DNA of 61,863 bases, counting the filler, from Basidiobolus meristosporus CBS 931.73 (taxonomy: Eukaryota; Fungi; Basidiobolomycota): NCBI GenBank assembly GCA_002104905.1. It is 3 parts of 3 records of this genome, joined end to end, with 100 filler letters (N's around TTAATTAATTAA, not from the genome) between each part and the next. Parts side by side here need not be neighbours in the genome. Positions count along the whole stretch, not along the records: positions 24,863 to 53,625 come from MCFE01000877.1; 2 more parts are not named here. One strand, 5' to 3'. Both the position numbers and the translations under genes were made by a program. The notes below the pieces were generated by a model. It made no database searches, was not told where the DNA came from, and saw nothing but the letters and a program-made list of their open reading frames with translations. Below, one piece after another: positions 35,519 through 45,997 of this stretch; within the stretch, counting starts at the first letter, position 1; each line of letters begins with the position of its first letter.

Positions 35519-36625
35519 TCAAGCCTTACGGTTTCTGTTGTAGTTATACCATTCTTGCCTTGTTCCTGCAGAGCAAGGGGCGGCAACGATCAGTATTCTA
35601 CCTGTAGTGTGGCTAGGCCTGACATCTAGACATTTGCTACCATCGGTCCCTACCCCATAGACGCTTCTTTCTTTCCCCCCGTAAAAGCCTTTGCTATTTC
35701 GCTTGAACAGCTGATTCTTGTTTCCGTTACAAGGCTTCTGATGCATGAATCCTTTACGTCCATGTTCCAAACATAAGCCGTCCACCGTCCTGAAGACACC
35801 CAGGCGGGGTGAGCTGGTGTGGGTGATGAAAGTGAGAAGTTGGTTGTCGGCGGAGTTTCTTTGCTTACAAGGCTTCAGCACTACTTTGGATCTTTTGGCT
35901 GTCTTCTCGATATCCAGACACATTGATCTGGACCCTTTGAGTACATTCAAACCGTTCTCCAGCTGGACGGGCGTTTTCAGAATCGACTTGGGCTCCTCGG
36001 TCATACTGTGGTTCAGCCAGACCTGGGATGGGGCCTTCGAGCATTCATAGAGGGAAACTGTGGCCCCAGATGAAGTAGGATCACCACGGACAGTAAGGCA
36101 TTGGTCGACGTCGTAATTCCGCAGAATGTATTTCGACTTCTGCTTGTTTAAAAAGATCGTTTCCCAGACCTGGCTTGGATCGTTTGGCTGACAATAGGCC
36201 TGGACCAGGTTCCCGTTATCGTCGCTCTGTACGCAATATCCCTTGTGGGCAATGATGTTCACGAACTCTCCAGTGCCCTTGATGGGTCTAAGCTGGAAAG
36301 CTTGCTTCACATTCGAGGCACCCGTACACTTGCGAATCCCAATACTGCTCTGGTCAGAGTCCTTGTCCTGCTCCAAGCACAGGTGCTTCTGGTCAGATTC
36401 AATCTGGATGCTCGATTTGCTGGGTTTTTCTTGCTCCGGTAGATGAACTTTTCTTGCTTTGGATGGCGCACGAGGTGGGTTGGTACACTTCGTGTACGTA
36501 AAGCCATCACCACCTGTCTCGGTTATACATTCATTTGGAGCATAACCTTTCTCAAAGGCCTGTTGGTCGCTTCCATAGACCATGGCAGAGAGAAGAGTAA
36601 GCCAGATGAGAGGATTTGAATGCAT
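35519..36625 (-). CDS. Secreted protein with two ricin-B (beta-trefoil) lectin domains
   Basis: Signal-like MHSNPLIWLTLLSAMVYG from ATG 36625. Repeated CL-D/E...C...QxW/F units (KHLCLE, YCVQ..SQVWE, QCLTV..SQVWL, MCLDI, KCLDV..RQEWY). Confidence 0.85.
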   Translation of the reverse strand: MHSNPLIWLTLLSAMVYGSDQQAFEKGYAPNECITETGGDGFTYTKCTNPPRAPSKARKVHLPEQEKPSKSSIQIESDQKHLCLEQDKDSDQSSIGIRKCTGASNVKQAFQLRPIKGTGEFVNIIAHKGYCVQSDDNGNLVQAYCQPNDPSQVWETIFLNKQKSKYILRNYDVDQCLTVRGDPTSSGATVSLYECSKAPSQVWLNHSMTEEPKSILKTPVQLENGLNVLKGSRSMCLDIEKTAKRSKVVLKPCKQRNSADNQLLTFITHTSSPRLGVFRTVDGLCLEHGRKGFMHQKPCNGNKNQLFKRNSKGFYGGKERSVYGVGTDGSKCLDVRPSHTTGRILIVAAPCSAGTRQEWYNYNRNRKA

Positions 36626-37703
36626 AGCAAAGAAGTTGAGCAAGTTCAAAGGAGCAAGAAGAAGCAAATTGAACACCAGAAAGAGTCCTTGAACATAGAA
36701 GAAGAGTGGGCCTCAATTTATACGTTTGCTTGGTTTCAGCCCTCATATGGATGGGCGGGTTCTCTGTAATAGTTTGTTGATGAAGGAGCCGAATGGTTTG
36801 GGAATTTCTCAGTTACAACATGGGTTTTACCACTTGTTTCATAAACTAATCATAGCAAACTCTGTGCTTCAGAGCCTAGGGGCTGATGCTACCGACATAG
36901 GAGCTGGCATGCTTTTGCTTCGGATTTCCCAATGTTGTTGCAATAGTAAGCTTTGGATACAGCCACTGAAAGAGATCTACCAACATATTGTGTCTTCCAA
37001 TCAGGCTCAACACACCATTGCCCACACAGAACCAGCTGGCCTATTCTATGGGCTGCTCGTGGTTTATCCTCCGTGGATGTATGGCTGATCTAGCGTTCGA
37101 GCAGGGATCATTGCTTCTCCCCAGTGCGGTTTTATTATGAAGCCTTCCATCGCATTCCGTGTGCGGTTTGGTCTTTGGTAGCAATACATGGTTTCACGTA
37201 ACAAGGTGCTCGTGCATGGAGCCGAGTCAAAGTCAACTCTAGCTATTTTTAACCCGTACATCACCAAAGGGAAAGCTGATCTCCAGATCAACATCGCTCT
37301 CCCATAGCCTCCCCCGTCAAGCGGCTCTTCAGAGCCAATCGTCGTTGGTGCTCTGGATATGATACTTCATAGGTGATGCTAAGAACCGCTTTCTCAGCAA
37401 TGGCTAGAGTCTAGAAAGACCATATCAAGGGCTCATGATACCAATCCAAATAGGCTTCACGAGCTCATGATACTGGTGGCTGATATATTCCAAGCGAATG
37501 CGTAGACACTTTAACGTCGCTTAGGGAGTTTTTTGCGAAAGAGAGATAAAGAGACCAAGAGCCCCCAAGCCGTATCAGGATAATTCTTTATTTGTAATAT
37601 GTAATGTGCGCTCATTTGAAAATACATTACCGAAGCAAATGACTGAGGATTTACAATGAAAAGTTGGCTGCTTTGGTCGTGGTGTTGGGTCTTTTCGGCC
37701 CAT

Positions 37704-38024
37704 TTACTCCGGGATATCGGAGAAATTGTACCCACGGTATCCCATATACGAGTAATAGGCATGTCGTGAATAGTACACGCCCGGTATGAACAATAACGAT
37801 CCTACAATGAGTAATACTTTGCCCGTACGCTGGTTGTCATCCAAGTAGCCACAAATCTCTAGCGCGCCAAATATAAGCATAAGCGCGCCGGCCAAGAACA
37901 GCAAGAAGGCCTGGACTATGGCGCCATACGGAATCACAGGAGGGGGCGCCTCAAACTGACCAGCGATAAAGGTTTCCTCTCTGTTGTCACCAAGTTTGTA
38001 GAAGCGGTGGCCTTTTAAACGCAT
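37704..38024 (-). CDS. TMEM230/TMEM134 (DUF872)-like membrane protein, 106 aa
   Basis: IPYGAIVQAFLLFLAGALMLIFG...LLIVGSLLFIPGVYY...AYYSYMGYRGYNFSDIP; two TM helices; ATG at 38024. Confidence 0.8.
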   Translation of the reverse strand: MRLKGHRFYKLGDNREETFIAGQFEAPPPVIPYGAIVQAFLLFLAGALMLIFGALEICGYLDDNQRTGKVLLIVGSLLFIPGVYYSRHAYYSYMGYRGYNFSDIPE

Positions 38025-38389
38025 TATGAATGATTGTGGACGGGTGCGAGTGCAGAGAATGAAAAGATTTAATCCAAAGGGCTGATCATTTTGAACAGAT
38101 AATCCTGCGATGGTCGTCAGGTGCGTGAAGAATGGTGAGGCGGGGAAAATCAGGTGGTGTGATGTATGATGTAAGATGTAGAAACACAATCCCAGTCACG
38201 TTTCATCCAGTGAAAAAGATGAAGTGTACATTCCCCATTTACCCGTATGGATATTTGCGGATCCAAATTCGGGGTCAAGATGGACCGCCAAATTCAGGAA
38301 ATGCTGGGCTCCTTGCCATGATCAGCCAATCACATGGGTGGTGGTATTCAGTTTTATTACAATAGCCAGAATTGGCGATTGCATGCAAG

Positions 38390-38620
38390 TTAGGCATAGC
38401 AATTCAGGTCCGCACTCCATTCCTCACTAGCAACACAGTGCCGGCACATGAATAGCCCGTCAGAATCATAGGTGGTTTTCACCTCTGTCAGGTGTGAGTA
38501 ATTGTTGTTGGAAAACGCCTGTTGCCATTGTTGCTTGTTGAAACCTGCCCCACTCGGATATGCCCTGGAGCCTGGCATGGTATCTCTCAAGAACTGTACC
38601 CTGGCGGTCAGCTGGGAGGC
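38390..38620 (-). pseudogene. C-terminal BBE domain fragment of an FAD-linked oxidoreductase
   Basis: AYPSGAGF..WQQAF..NYSHLTEVKTTYDSDGLFMCRHCVASEEW matches the BBE consensus; no FAD-binding domain upstream. Confidence 0.7.
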
Positions 38621-39002
38621 CAGGCAGTGCGGCTCTTAGGGGAGGGAAAGTCACCATGGTGGTGAAATCTTTGTTTGTTTTAACAACTAATCTAAGTACA
38701 AATAGAGAATCCAATCAAGAAGTAGTGAACCTCTCTAATAAACAATCTAATTTATGTTTTGGTCCATGTCTAATGTTGGTCTCAATGAAATAAAGGTCAT
38801 CAGGTGCAATTAAGAAATTCAAGGGTTTTGGAGGGAGTGCTGAACTAAGTGTAATACAACTCTTTGATGGTTTAACTGAACCAAAGTGACAATCAAGTGC
38901 AGAATCTTGGAATTGTCAGAGAGTGGTAGATGTATTAGCAGAAAAATTCTGGTCTTGTATTGGCCCTGGGTATAGCTGGGTTTGGCTATAAAGGCAATGG
39001 AG

Positions 39003-39376
39003 TAGGGGGGAAACAGTTGCCAGCAGGTGAAATCTTTATTTCACTTGAAACAAAGAAGCCAGCGCTACTGCTGTAGCTTTGATACAAGAGTGTGTAGCTG
39101 AGGGGAATTGCCAGGTAAGTTAACAAGTAGAAATTATAGCTCTTCAGTGCTGAAGACACTATTCAGTGGGAAGGGGGGTTGCAAGAGGGATAAGAATGAT
39201 TGAAAACCATATTAATAAGGGCAACATGATATGGATTAATACTGATCATAAAAGGAGTCTGCTACTTCAAATATTGCTCCCAAAGGTGTGCAGAGTAACT
39301 CATGTAGGCCAGCTTGGGTGTTTCTGACTGCATGATATAATCAGCAAGCTTCTTGCCATCTGGATCTCCAAGTATT
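39003..39376 (-). mobile_element. 5'-truncated copy of LINE family 2 (3' end only)
   Basis: Homologous to 39385-39760. Ends AATAAA...CCCCCCTA on the minus strand. Confidence 0.8.
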
Positions 39377-39384
39377 TAGGGTAA

Positions 39385-41135
39385 GGGGGGAGACAGTCAC
39401 CAACAGGTGAAAACTTTATTTCAATGGAAACAAAGAAGCCAGCGCTACTGCTGTAGCTTTGATACAAGAATGTGTAGCTGAGGGGAATTTGCAGGTAAGT
39501 TAATAAGGAGAGATGATAGTTTTTCAGTGCTCAAGAAACTGTTCAGTGGGAAGGGAGGTAGCTACAAGGGTAAGAATGAATTGTGAACAACATTGATGAG
39601 GGGAATGCAATAAGGATTGATACTAATTATAAAGGGAGTGTGCTGCTTCAGATATTGCTGCCAAAGGTTTGTCAAGTACTTCAGGTAGGCCAGCTTGGGT
39701 TTTTCTGACTGCAAACTATAATGAGCAAACTTTTTAATATCAGGATCTCCAAGTATTGTTCTCCAGCAGGAGCCAGATGTAGTGTGGTATATTCTCTTCC
39801 AGGCCTTGATCAGTGGGTTGTTGCAGTGGTGAAGTCTGAGATATAATCTGGTTCTATGGTAGAGAAGTCTGATCTTATAGGGCATTAACCCAAAAGTACT
39901 AAGAATAGCATGTCTGTAGGGGCATTCAGGCAGATGATGCACCAAGGAGGTAATACACCCAACTGCAAACTTGTCAAGTTTAGTGCAGTCTTTAGAAGTA
40001 AGAGAGAGAAGTGGCAAGCCAAATTCCAGGACTGAGAAGACAAACTGCTTGAGTAGAAGGAGGCAGCTGGGAGCTGAAGTTGTAGGAGGAATAACAGCCA
40101 GTAACTTGTGGAATGCTTGTCTTGCCAGGATAATTCTCTTCATCTGGTGTGCTCCAGAGTCTGGTCCAGTAGGAAGGAAAGGAAAGCCAAGATATGTAGC
40201 AGAAACCTGAGCAGGTAGAGTGCAGTTGTCTAGGTTGACAGGACAATGCAATGGTACTGTCTTTGCAATGGAAAGCTGGAGATTATTCTTTGGTGTATAC
40301 TGGTGGATGGTCTGCAAGTCTTGTTGCACATTGCAGGAGAATATTGTGATGTCATCTGCAAAGAGAGTAACCTGGCAGTCAGCTGAGAGTCTTGGGAAGT
40401 TATTCAGGAATATTGCAAACAGTATAGGGCAAAGCACAGAGCCTTGAACCACTCCATTAGGAACTGAGAGCGCAGCTGATTGCTCACTTGGGAGCCAAAT
40501 TGTTGCTTGTGGATCCAGAAACAGAGGCCTGCAAGGAGGGTGAGAGAAGTTCTGAAGTAGCATTGAAGCTTGGACCAACACATGTTTCTATCAACTGAAT
40601 CAAAGGATTTGGTAATGTCAAACAGAACAGAGGGATACTTGAACTGGAGAGAGTGATCTTGACTAAGTATGACTGCATATTCCAAGGAGAGGCTAGGAAC
40701 AAAATTAAACTGTGCAGGGTGAAACTTGAGGGAGTCAGAGTTGAGCTCCTGGGAAATCTGATGCTAAACCACCTTTCTGCAGGTGGGCAGCAGAGATATT
40801 GGCCTGTTGGGACTAGGATCCAGGTGCTTTCCTTTACCCTTGTACAGTGACAGAACATTGGCAAAGGACCATTCCTGAGGAGTAGAAAGCAGGGCAGAGC
40901 ATTGCTGTAACAGTGGAAGCAGAAGAGCAGACATGGCCTTACTACTAGTCTTCAGAAGCTCATAGGATATTGTGCTCACACCTGATGCAGTAGACTTGGG
41001 AAGCCTCTTGAGCACATTATGGATTCTCTCTTGATCCAGTGCAAGTGGGCTTGGTAGATTCTTGAAGTCAGGATGAAAACCAGGAGTTGAGTACTGCTTT
41101 GTAGTAAAGAAAATGTTAGCCAGCTGTTCTGTTCA
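39385..41135 (-). mobile_element. Degenerate LINE family 2 (RT region plus 3' UTR), 5'-truncated
   Basis: RPISLLPTCRKV, FDITKSFDSVDR, QGSVLCPILFAIFL..LFADD RT motifs in shifted frames. The 3' end is AATAAA...CTCCCCCC then TTACCCTAAA. Confidence 0.85.
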
Positions 41136-41441
41136 AGGTAACCTCCTGGAAGAGGGCCTCATTGCCCTGTAGAGTCTTGACACTATACTACTTGTTGTGC
41201 GTCAACATTTAAAACTTGGCCAATTTCACTCCGTTAGAAAATCTAGTACCCTAACTGATTTTCCCTAACCCAAACATTACTAATCCCTGTTATGGTTTAT
41301 TTTATCACTTCTCAAAATCTATATTTAGCTGTCACACCTGATTAATTTTCATGTGGTCATTACATACTCAACTGATCTGCTAAGCTTTTCCAAGGGATTA
41401 GTCATCTGAGATTTATCCAACCACTTAGCAGTTGCCAAGAC

Positions 41442-41621
41442 TTAGGGGAGGAAAAGCCACCAAGGTAAGTGAAATCTTTATTTGATTTCAGACAAGCCTA
41501 ACTACAACTTAGGGTTAGGGGGGAGACAGTCACCAACAGGTGAAATCTTTATTTCAGTAGAAACAAAGAAGCCAGCACTACTGTTGTAGCTTTGATACAA
41601 GAGTGTGTAGCTGAGGGGAAT
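41442..41621 (-). mobile_element. Two very short 3'-end copies of LINE family 2, each abutting TTAGGG-like sequence
   Basis: 41521-41621 matches 39389-39490 and is preceded by TTAGGGTTAGGG (41509-41520). 41442-41490 is a more diverged 3' end preceded by TTAGGGG. Confidence 0.7.
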
Positions 41622-41641
41622 TTAGGGTTAGGGTTAGGGTT
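41622..41641 (+). repeat. Interstitial telomeric repeat (TTAGGG)3TT
   Basis: Read directly from the sequence; sits at the junction between two retroelement copies. Confidence 0.9.
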
Positions 41642-42861
41642 CTAGTGCTTTATTGGGAAATTTGCACAAGAAGCGCAATCTTGAAATATGACAAAGTCAT
41701 ATGAGTATAGCAACTATTATAAAATGAAAACTACTTTGCCAGTAAAAGGGGTGAAGGAAACTGTAAAAGCTATAAAGGAAAAGCTGGGGACACAAGAAAT
41801 TTACAGTACCATTCATTGCCCTACACTGCAAGTAAGCTCAAGGAACATAAAGGGAAGCTTTACCAGACTGAACTAAAGAATCTTGCTTCAGATCACAAAG
41901 GAAACAATGAGGACTGCAGAAGCTTTAAAGGAAACCAAGGTTCCCATAGTGATGGCTGACTGGGAAATCTACAGAAGCATTGACTGATCCAAAAGAAGGA
42001 GGCAAGAGGCTAGAGTAATGTCATCAAAAGAAAATGAACCCTAAGCTGAAGTTCAGGCACATGCATCAAGTCCAATCATGCCAAAGACAGCTGCAGAAGC
42101 TTGAAAGGAAACAGAAAGTCTCCATTGGGGTGACTCCAGGGGAAATCCACAGTCAGCCCTTTACATCACCAGAGGTGGGCAGTGTCTGAAAGAAAGGAAA
42201 GAAAGAGCAAGAGAAAAGGGAAGGAGAGAAGGAAAAAGGAAGGAGAGAAGAATGGGGTGGGTGGGTGGGAAATCTTATAGGTGAAGGATCTTGTTAAAGA
42301 TCACATCACTAGGTTAGGGGAGATTGTTAGGGAAGGAGCATCAGGTCAGAAGACCCAATCTTATAGGTGAAGGATCTTGTTAAAGATCACATCACTAGGT
42401 TAGGGGAGATTGTTAGGGAAGGAGCATCAGGTCAGAAGACCCAATCTTATAGGTGAAGGATCTTGTCAAAGATCACATCACTAGGTTAGGGGAGATTGTT
42501 AGGGAAGGAGCATCAGGACAGAAGACCCAATCTTATAGGTGAAGGATCTTGTTAAAGATCACATCACTAGGTTAGGGGAGATTATTAGGGAAGGAGCATC
42601 AGGTCAGAAGACCCAATCTTATAGGTGAAGGATCTTGTTAAAGATCACATCACTAGGTTAGGGGAGATTGTTAGGGAAGGAGCATCAGGTCAGAAGACCC
42701 AATCTTATAGGTGAAGGATCTTGTTAAAGATCACATCACTAGGTTAGGGGAGATTGTTAGGGAAGGAGCATCAGGTCAGAAGACCCAATCTTATAGGTGA
42801 AGGATCTTGTTAAAGATCACATCACTAGGTTAGGGGAGATTGTTAGGGAAGGAGCATCAGG
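41642..42861 (-). mobile_element. Non-coding LINE-like/SINE-like unit with an AATAAA 3' end and an 86-bp tandem array on its 5' side
   Basis: The minus strand ends CCCAATAAAGCACTAG followed by AACCCTAACCCTAACCCT; no long ORF. The element call is inferred from polarity and end structure. Confidence 0.45.
42271..42861. repeat. 86-bp tandem repeat, ~6.9 near-identical copies, containing GGTTAGGGG and GTTAGGG
   Basis: Unit starts at 42271, 42357, 42443, 42529, 42615, 42701, 42787. Confidence 0.95.
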
Positions 42862-43009
42862 GTTAGGCTTTTAGATACTTTATTGTGAATTTCATATAGT
42901 GCTTACTAATACAAAGAGAAAAGTACAATAGGTAGCTATACATGAACATCTGAAAGAATAGCTATTGCTGGCTCTATGATGCCTAACTAATACTATAAGG
43001 GCACTCTAG

Positions 43010-45997
43010 CTACTCAATATATGTTGAATGCAGCAACTCTGGCCTAATTGCTGAGATTATAGCTGACAGCCTCATGATGAGTGCTTTTTGAGAATGAAAC
43101 TGAAACAGTGCATCAGTATCTTTAAAACCAAAGCACTTCTCAGCATGAGTATAGTGAAAGTAGCTATTGCATCTTGGGCACTTAGAACCCAAGCACAAAG
43201 TACTCATTCTCCATCTGATTGCTTGCAGTGCAAAAAAGCAATCACTGATGTAGAAAGAAACATCTGCCTGGCTATTGGAATGACGACTTGTAGCTGAGAT
43301 CAGTCCAATTCTGTCTTGTGATGTTGAGACTCTGGAAATATTGCTAAGCTTTCTGAGAGCCATAGCCACAGAAAGTGGTACATGTGTAGACTCTTTCTCA
43401 ATCAAATATCCTTGGTAACCTTTTGAGCAGTGTATATCTTGATAAATCAGAGAACCTTTGGAGACAGGCATTTTGTCAGTCTTAATGCCTCTCACTAAGC
43501 TTTGCAGTGGATTATTTGGAGATGCTTGGGCATAATGATTGCCAAACTTGATTCCTAGTATTTCAAATTGATCACAAACTGCTTCAATTCCACATATGCT
43601 ACAAATCAGTCTTTTATACTGCGCAGTGTGATAGTTTGAAGCATTCACTACCCAGCCAAGTGCTTGCTGCTGAATAAGCTCAAGCTTTAGCAATTGCAAC
43701 TTGCAGAGTGATATATTCATGACAGGGGCAGCATACTCCCATCTTGATCGGATATAATCCCTAAATAAATGTAGCTTCACTAGTGGATGCCATCCAGAGC
43801 TATTGTGCTGAAGTACTGCTAGTGTACTTGCTGCCTTAGACACACAGTGCTCAATATGCAGAGGCCAGTCTATTCCTTTGTTGGTAACAGGGAGTCCTAA
43901 ATAGAAGTATGTGGATGGCATTGGGAGCTTTATACCACCCCATGAGATATTCCATGAAGGATCTGAACCAATGAATGCAGATTTGGAAATGTTAACTTTC
44001 ATTGCATTCTTTGAGCACCATAGACTTAGGCTATCCAACATCAAGTTAGCATGCGTGATAGTGCTTGGTATAAGCATAATATCATCAGCAAACAGCAATA
44101 CGGAAGGAATTGTTGTTGTATTTGCAAATGAAGCTAAGTCACCAGCCAAATCATTGATGTAAATATTAAAAAGAAATGGTGACAGCAGTGAGCCTTGAAA
44201 AAGACCACGGTATCTTGGAAATGGCAATGAACGCAAGCCATTAATACTGACAGTAGAGTAGCAGTTGGTAAATAAAGAGTATATTAGCTTCAAAAGCTGC
44301 ATTGATGCTCCTAGCAGCTGTAGCTTGTGGAGTAGCTTAGGAATCTTTACTTGATCATAGGCCTGTTTCAGATCAATGAATATGCAATTTGCACTTGTAT
44401 TTTCTCCCATAAGATAGAATAGATCATGGGATATTACTGAGTGTGTAATGGTGGAGTAGCCTTTGCAGAAGCCTGCCTGTAGTGGATGGAATCTGGACAG
44501 CTCTAATGTGTTCATGTGCTTGAGTAGGCATGCTTCAAATAGTCTTCTGAACATGGTGGTTAGAGCCACTGGCCTAAATCCATCAATTGTACTGGATGAA
44601 GTCTTCTTTGGGATTGGATGAATATGGGATACGTTCCACTGAGATGGGGTGCAACCCAGTCTAAGGCAGGAGTGAAGCAATAGCAGCAGATCATTGAGAA
44701 AACTTGATGATTGCAACAGAGCTTTGATAATGCGGATGTGCAATGGATCCATCCCAGATGACTTAGATGAAGGATATTTGCGGATTACATCCACAAGCGT
44801 ACTTAGCTCAAATGATGAGGATGAAGAAAGCAAGTCTTTAAAGTGCATTCTACTTGGAGGTACATAACCTTCCAAAAGCTCAGTTGGAGTGGGCATTGCA
44901 AAAATCTGCTTATAATAGTTGACCGCATCATCTAAAGCAGAAATGCAAGTGTCCCTTGAGTTAATAAATAAATGCGCATTTTGTATTCTTTGTGTACTTT
45001 TATAAAGCCTAGAGGCCTCTTGAGCTGCAGTCCTGGAGTTGCTCATCTTAAATATGCGCATTGTGGACAAGTTTGGTGTCTGATGCTTTTGTTGCACAGA
45101 GTAACTTCCAAGGAAACATTCACAGGTGGAGACCACTATTGAATTGAAAAGGGTGCTGGTTGCATCAATTGCGGCAGTTATCTTTGGCATTGGGCTCTGG
45201 CTATTGAGCTGACTAAGGAGCTTCCAAGCCGGCACCAGCATTGGTGACTCCATCTCATAATGGGAGCTAATAAGACTTTGGATTATAGGGTTGTCTAATG
45301 GCTGCAAGTAAAGTTTGATAGCATCTGATTCATAGTGTGTATGCATGACTTGCTGACGTAAGGAAATATCTGCTAGCATGAATACATGATCTGAGTGTGC
45401 CTTAAGTGTCTCACACTGAAAGGACCACTTACTGGGGTACCTATGGCTGATAAATGCATGATCTGGGGTATTCTTAGGTAGGCTTGGTATGAGATGCCAA
45501 AGGCCCAGTTGCAATGCCAATTGCTCAAAAATATTAATGCATTCTTGTGGTACCACCCTCTGTACGCCATGTGCACTACCAAAGTGCGTGTTGATATCTC
45601 CAATCAAGGCTGTGAGTGGTTGGCGTGGCAGATACCTCACTAGGGTTGAGCATGGCATAGCTGGGGGGAAATATACCGCCATAATGCTTACAGAGCATAA
45701 TTCAATAGTGATGGTATACTCTGTAGCTATGATGCTTGAAACCTGACTCCGCAACTGGGGAGAAATCAAACATAAAAGACCAGCTTTGTGATGACCACAT
45801 ACTGGCTTTGGAGCAACTTGAGATGATGAAGCAAGAAAGCATGGGTGTGACACATGCAATGCTTGGTCTACAAACCATGTTTCAGCTAAAAAAATAATAT
45901 CATATGGGTTGTCTAATAAGCAAGTAACTTTTTTCCACTTCACGATGCTTAATCCACGACAGTTCCAATACCCTATCTTGAGGGATGGCTGGGTCAT
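43010..45997 (-). CDS. LINE ORF2: APE endonuclease, reverse transcriptase and C-terminal Cys/His motif (995 aa from ATG 45997)
   Basis: GYWNCRGL, FLAETW, GDINTH, SDH (APE); FRPVAL, IDLKQAYD, QGSLLSPFLFNIYIND, LFADD (RT); CPRC..FH..H..C. Frame is uninterrupted. Confidence 0.95.
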   Translation of the reverse strand: MTQPSLKIGYWNCRGLSIVKWKKVTCLLDNPYDIIFLAETWFVDQALHVSHPCFLASSSQVAPKPVCGHHKAGLLCLISPQLRSQVSSIIATEYTITIELCSVSIMAVYFPPAMPCSTLVRYLPRQPLTALIGDINTHFGSAHGVQRVVPQECINIFEQLALQLGLWHLIPSLPKNTPDHAFISHRYPSKWSFQCETLKAHSDHVFMLADISLRQQVMHTHYESDAIKLYLQPLDNPIIQSLISSHYEMESPMLVPAWKLLSQLNSQSPMPKITAAIDATSTLFNSIVVSTCECFLGSYSVQQKHQTPNLSTMRIFKMSNSRTAAQEASRLYKSTQRIQNAHLFINSRDTCISALDDAVNYYKQIFAMPTPTELLEGYVPPSRMHFKDLLSSSSSFELSTLVDVIRKYPSSKSSGMDPLHIRIIKALLQSSSFLNDLLLLLHSCLRLGCTPSQWNVSHIHPIPKKTSSSTIDGFRPVALTTMFRRLFEACLLKHMNTLELSRFHPLQAGFCKGYSTITHSVISHDLFYLMGENTSANCIFIDLKQAYDQVKIPKLLHKLQLLGASMQLLKLIYSLFTNCYSTVSINGLRSLPFPRYRGLFQGSLLSPFLFNIYINDLAGDLASFANTTTIPSVLLFADDIMLIPSTITHANLMLDSLSLWCSKNAMKVNISKSAFIGSDPSWNISWGGIKLPMPSTYFYLGLPVTNKGIDWPLHIEHCVSKAASTLAVLQHNSSGWHPLVKLHLFRDYIRSRWEYAAPVMNISLCKLQLLKLELIQQQALGWVVNASNYHTAQYKRLICSICGIEAVCDQFEILGIKFGNHYAQASPNNPLQSLVRGIKTDKMPVSKGSLIYQDIHCSKGYQGYLIEKESTHVPLSVAMALRKLSNISRVSTSQDRIGLISATSRHSNSQADVSFYISDCFFALQAIRWRMSTLCLGSKCPRCNSYFHYTHAEKCFGFKDTDALFQFHSQKALIMRLSAIISAIRPELLHSTYIE

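Noticed and set aside
36726-37500. Possible kinase-like remnant (VDFDSA)
   Set aside because: Other kinase motifs (HRD, VAIK, APE) not found.
42271-42861. CRISPR-like regular array
   Set aside because: Units are contiguous and identical with no unique spacers, the context is eukaryotic and there are no cas genes.
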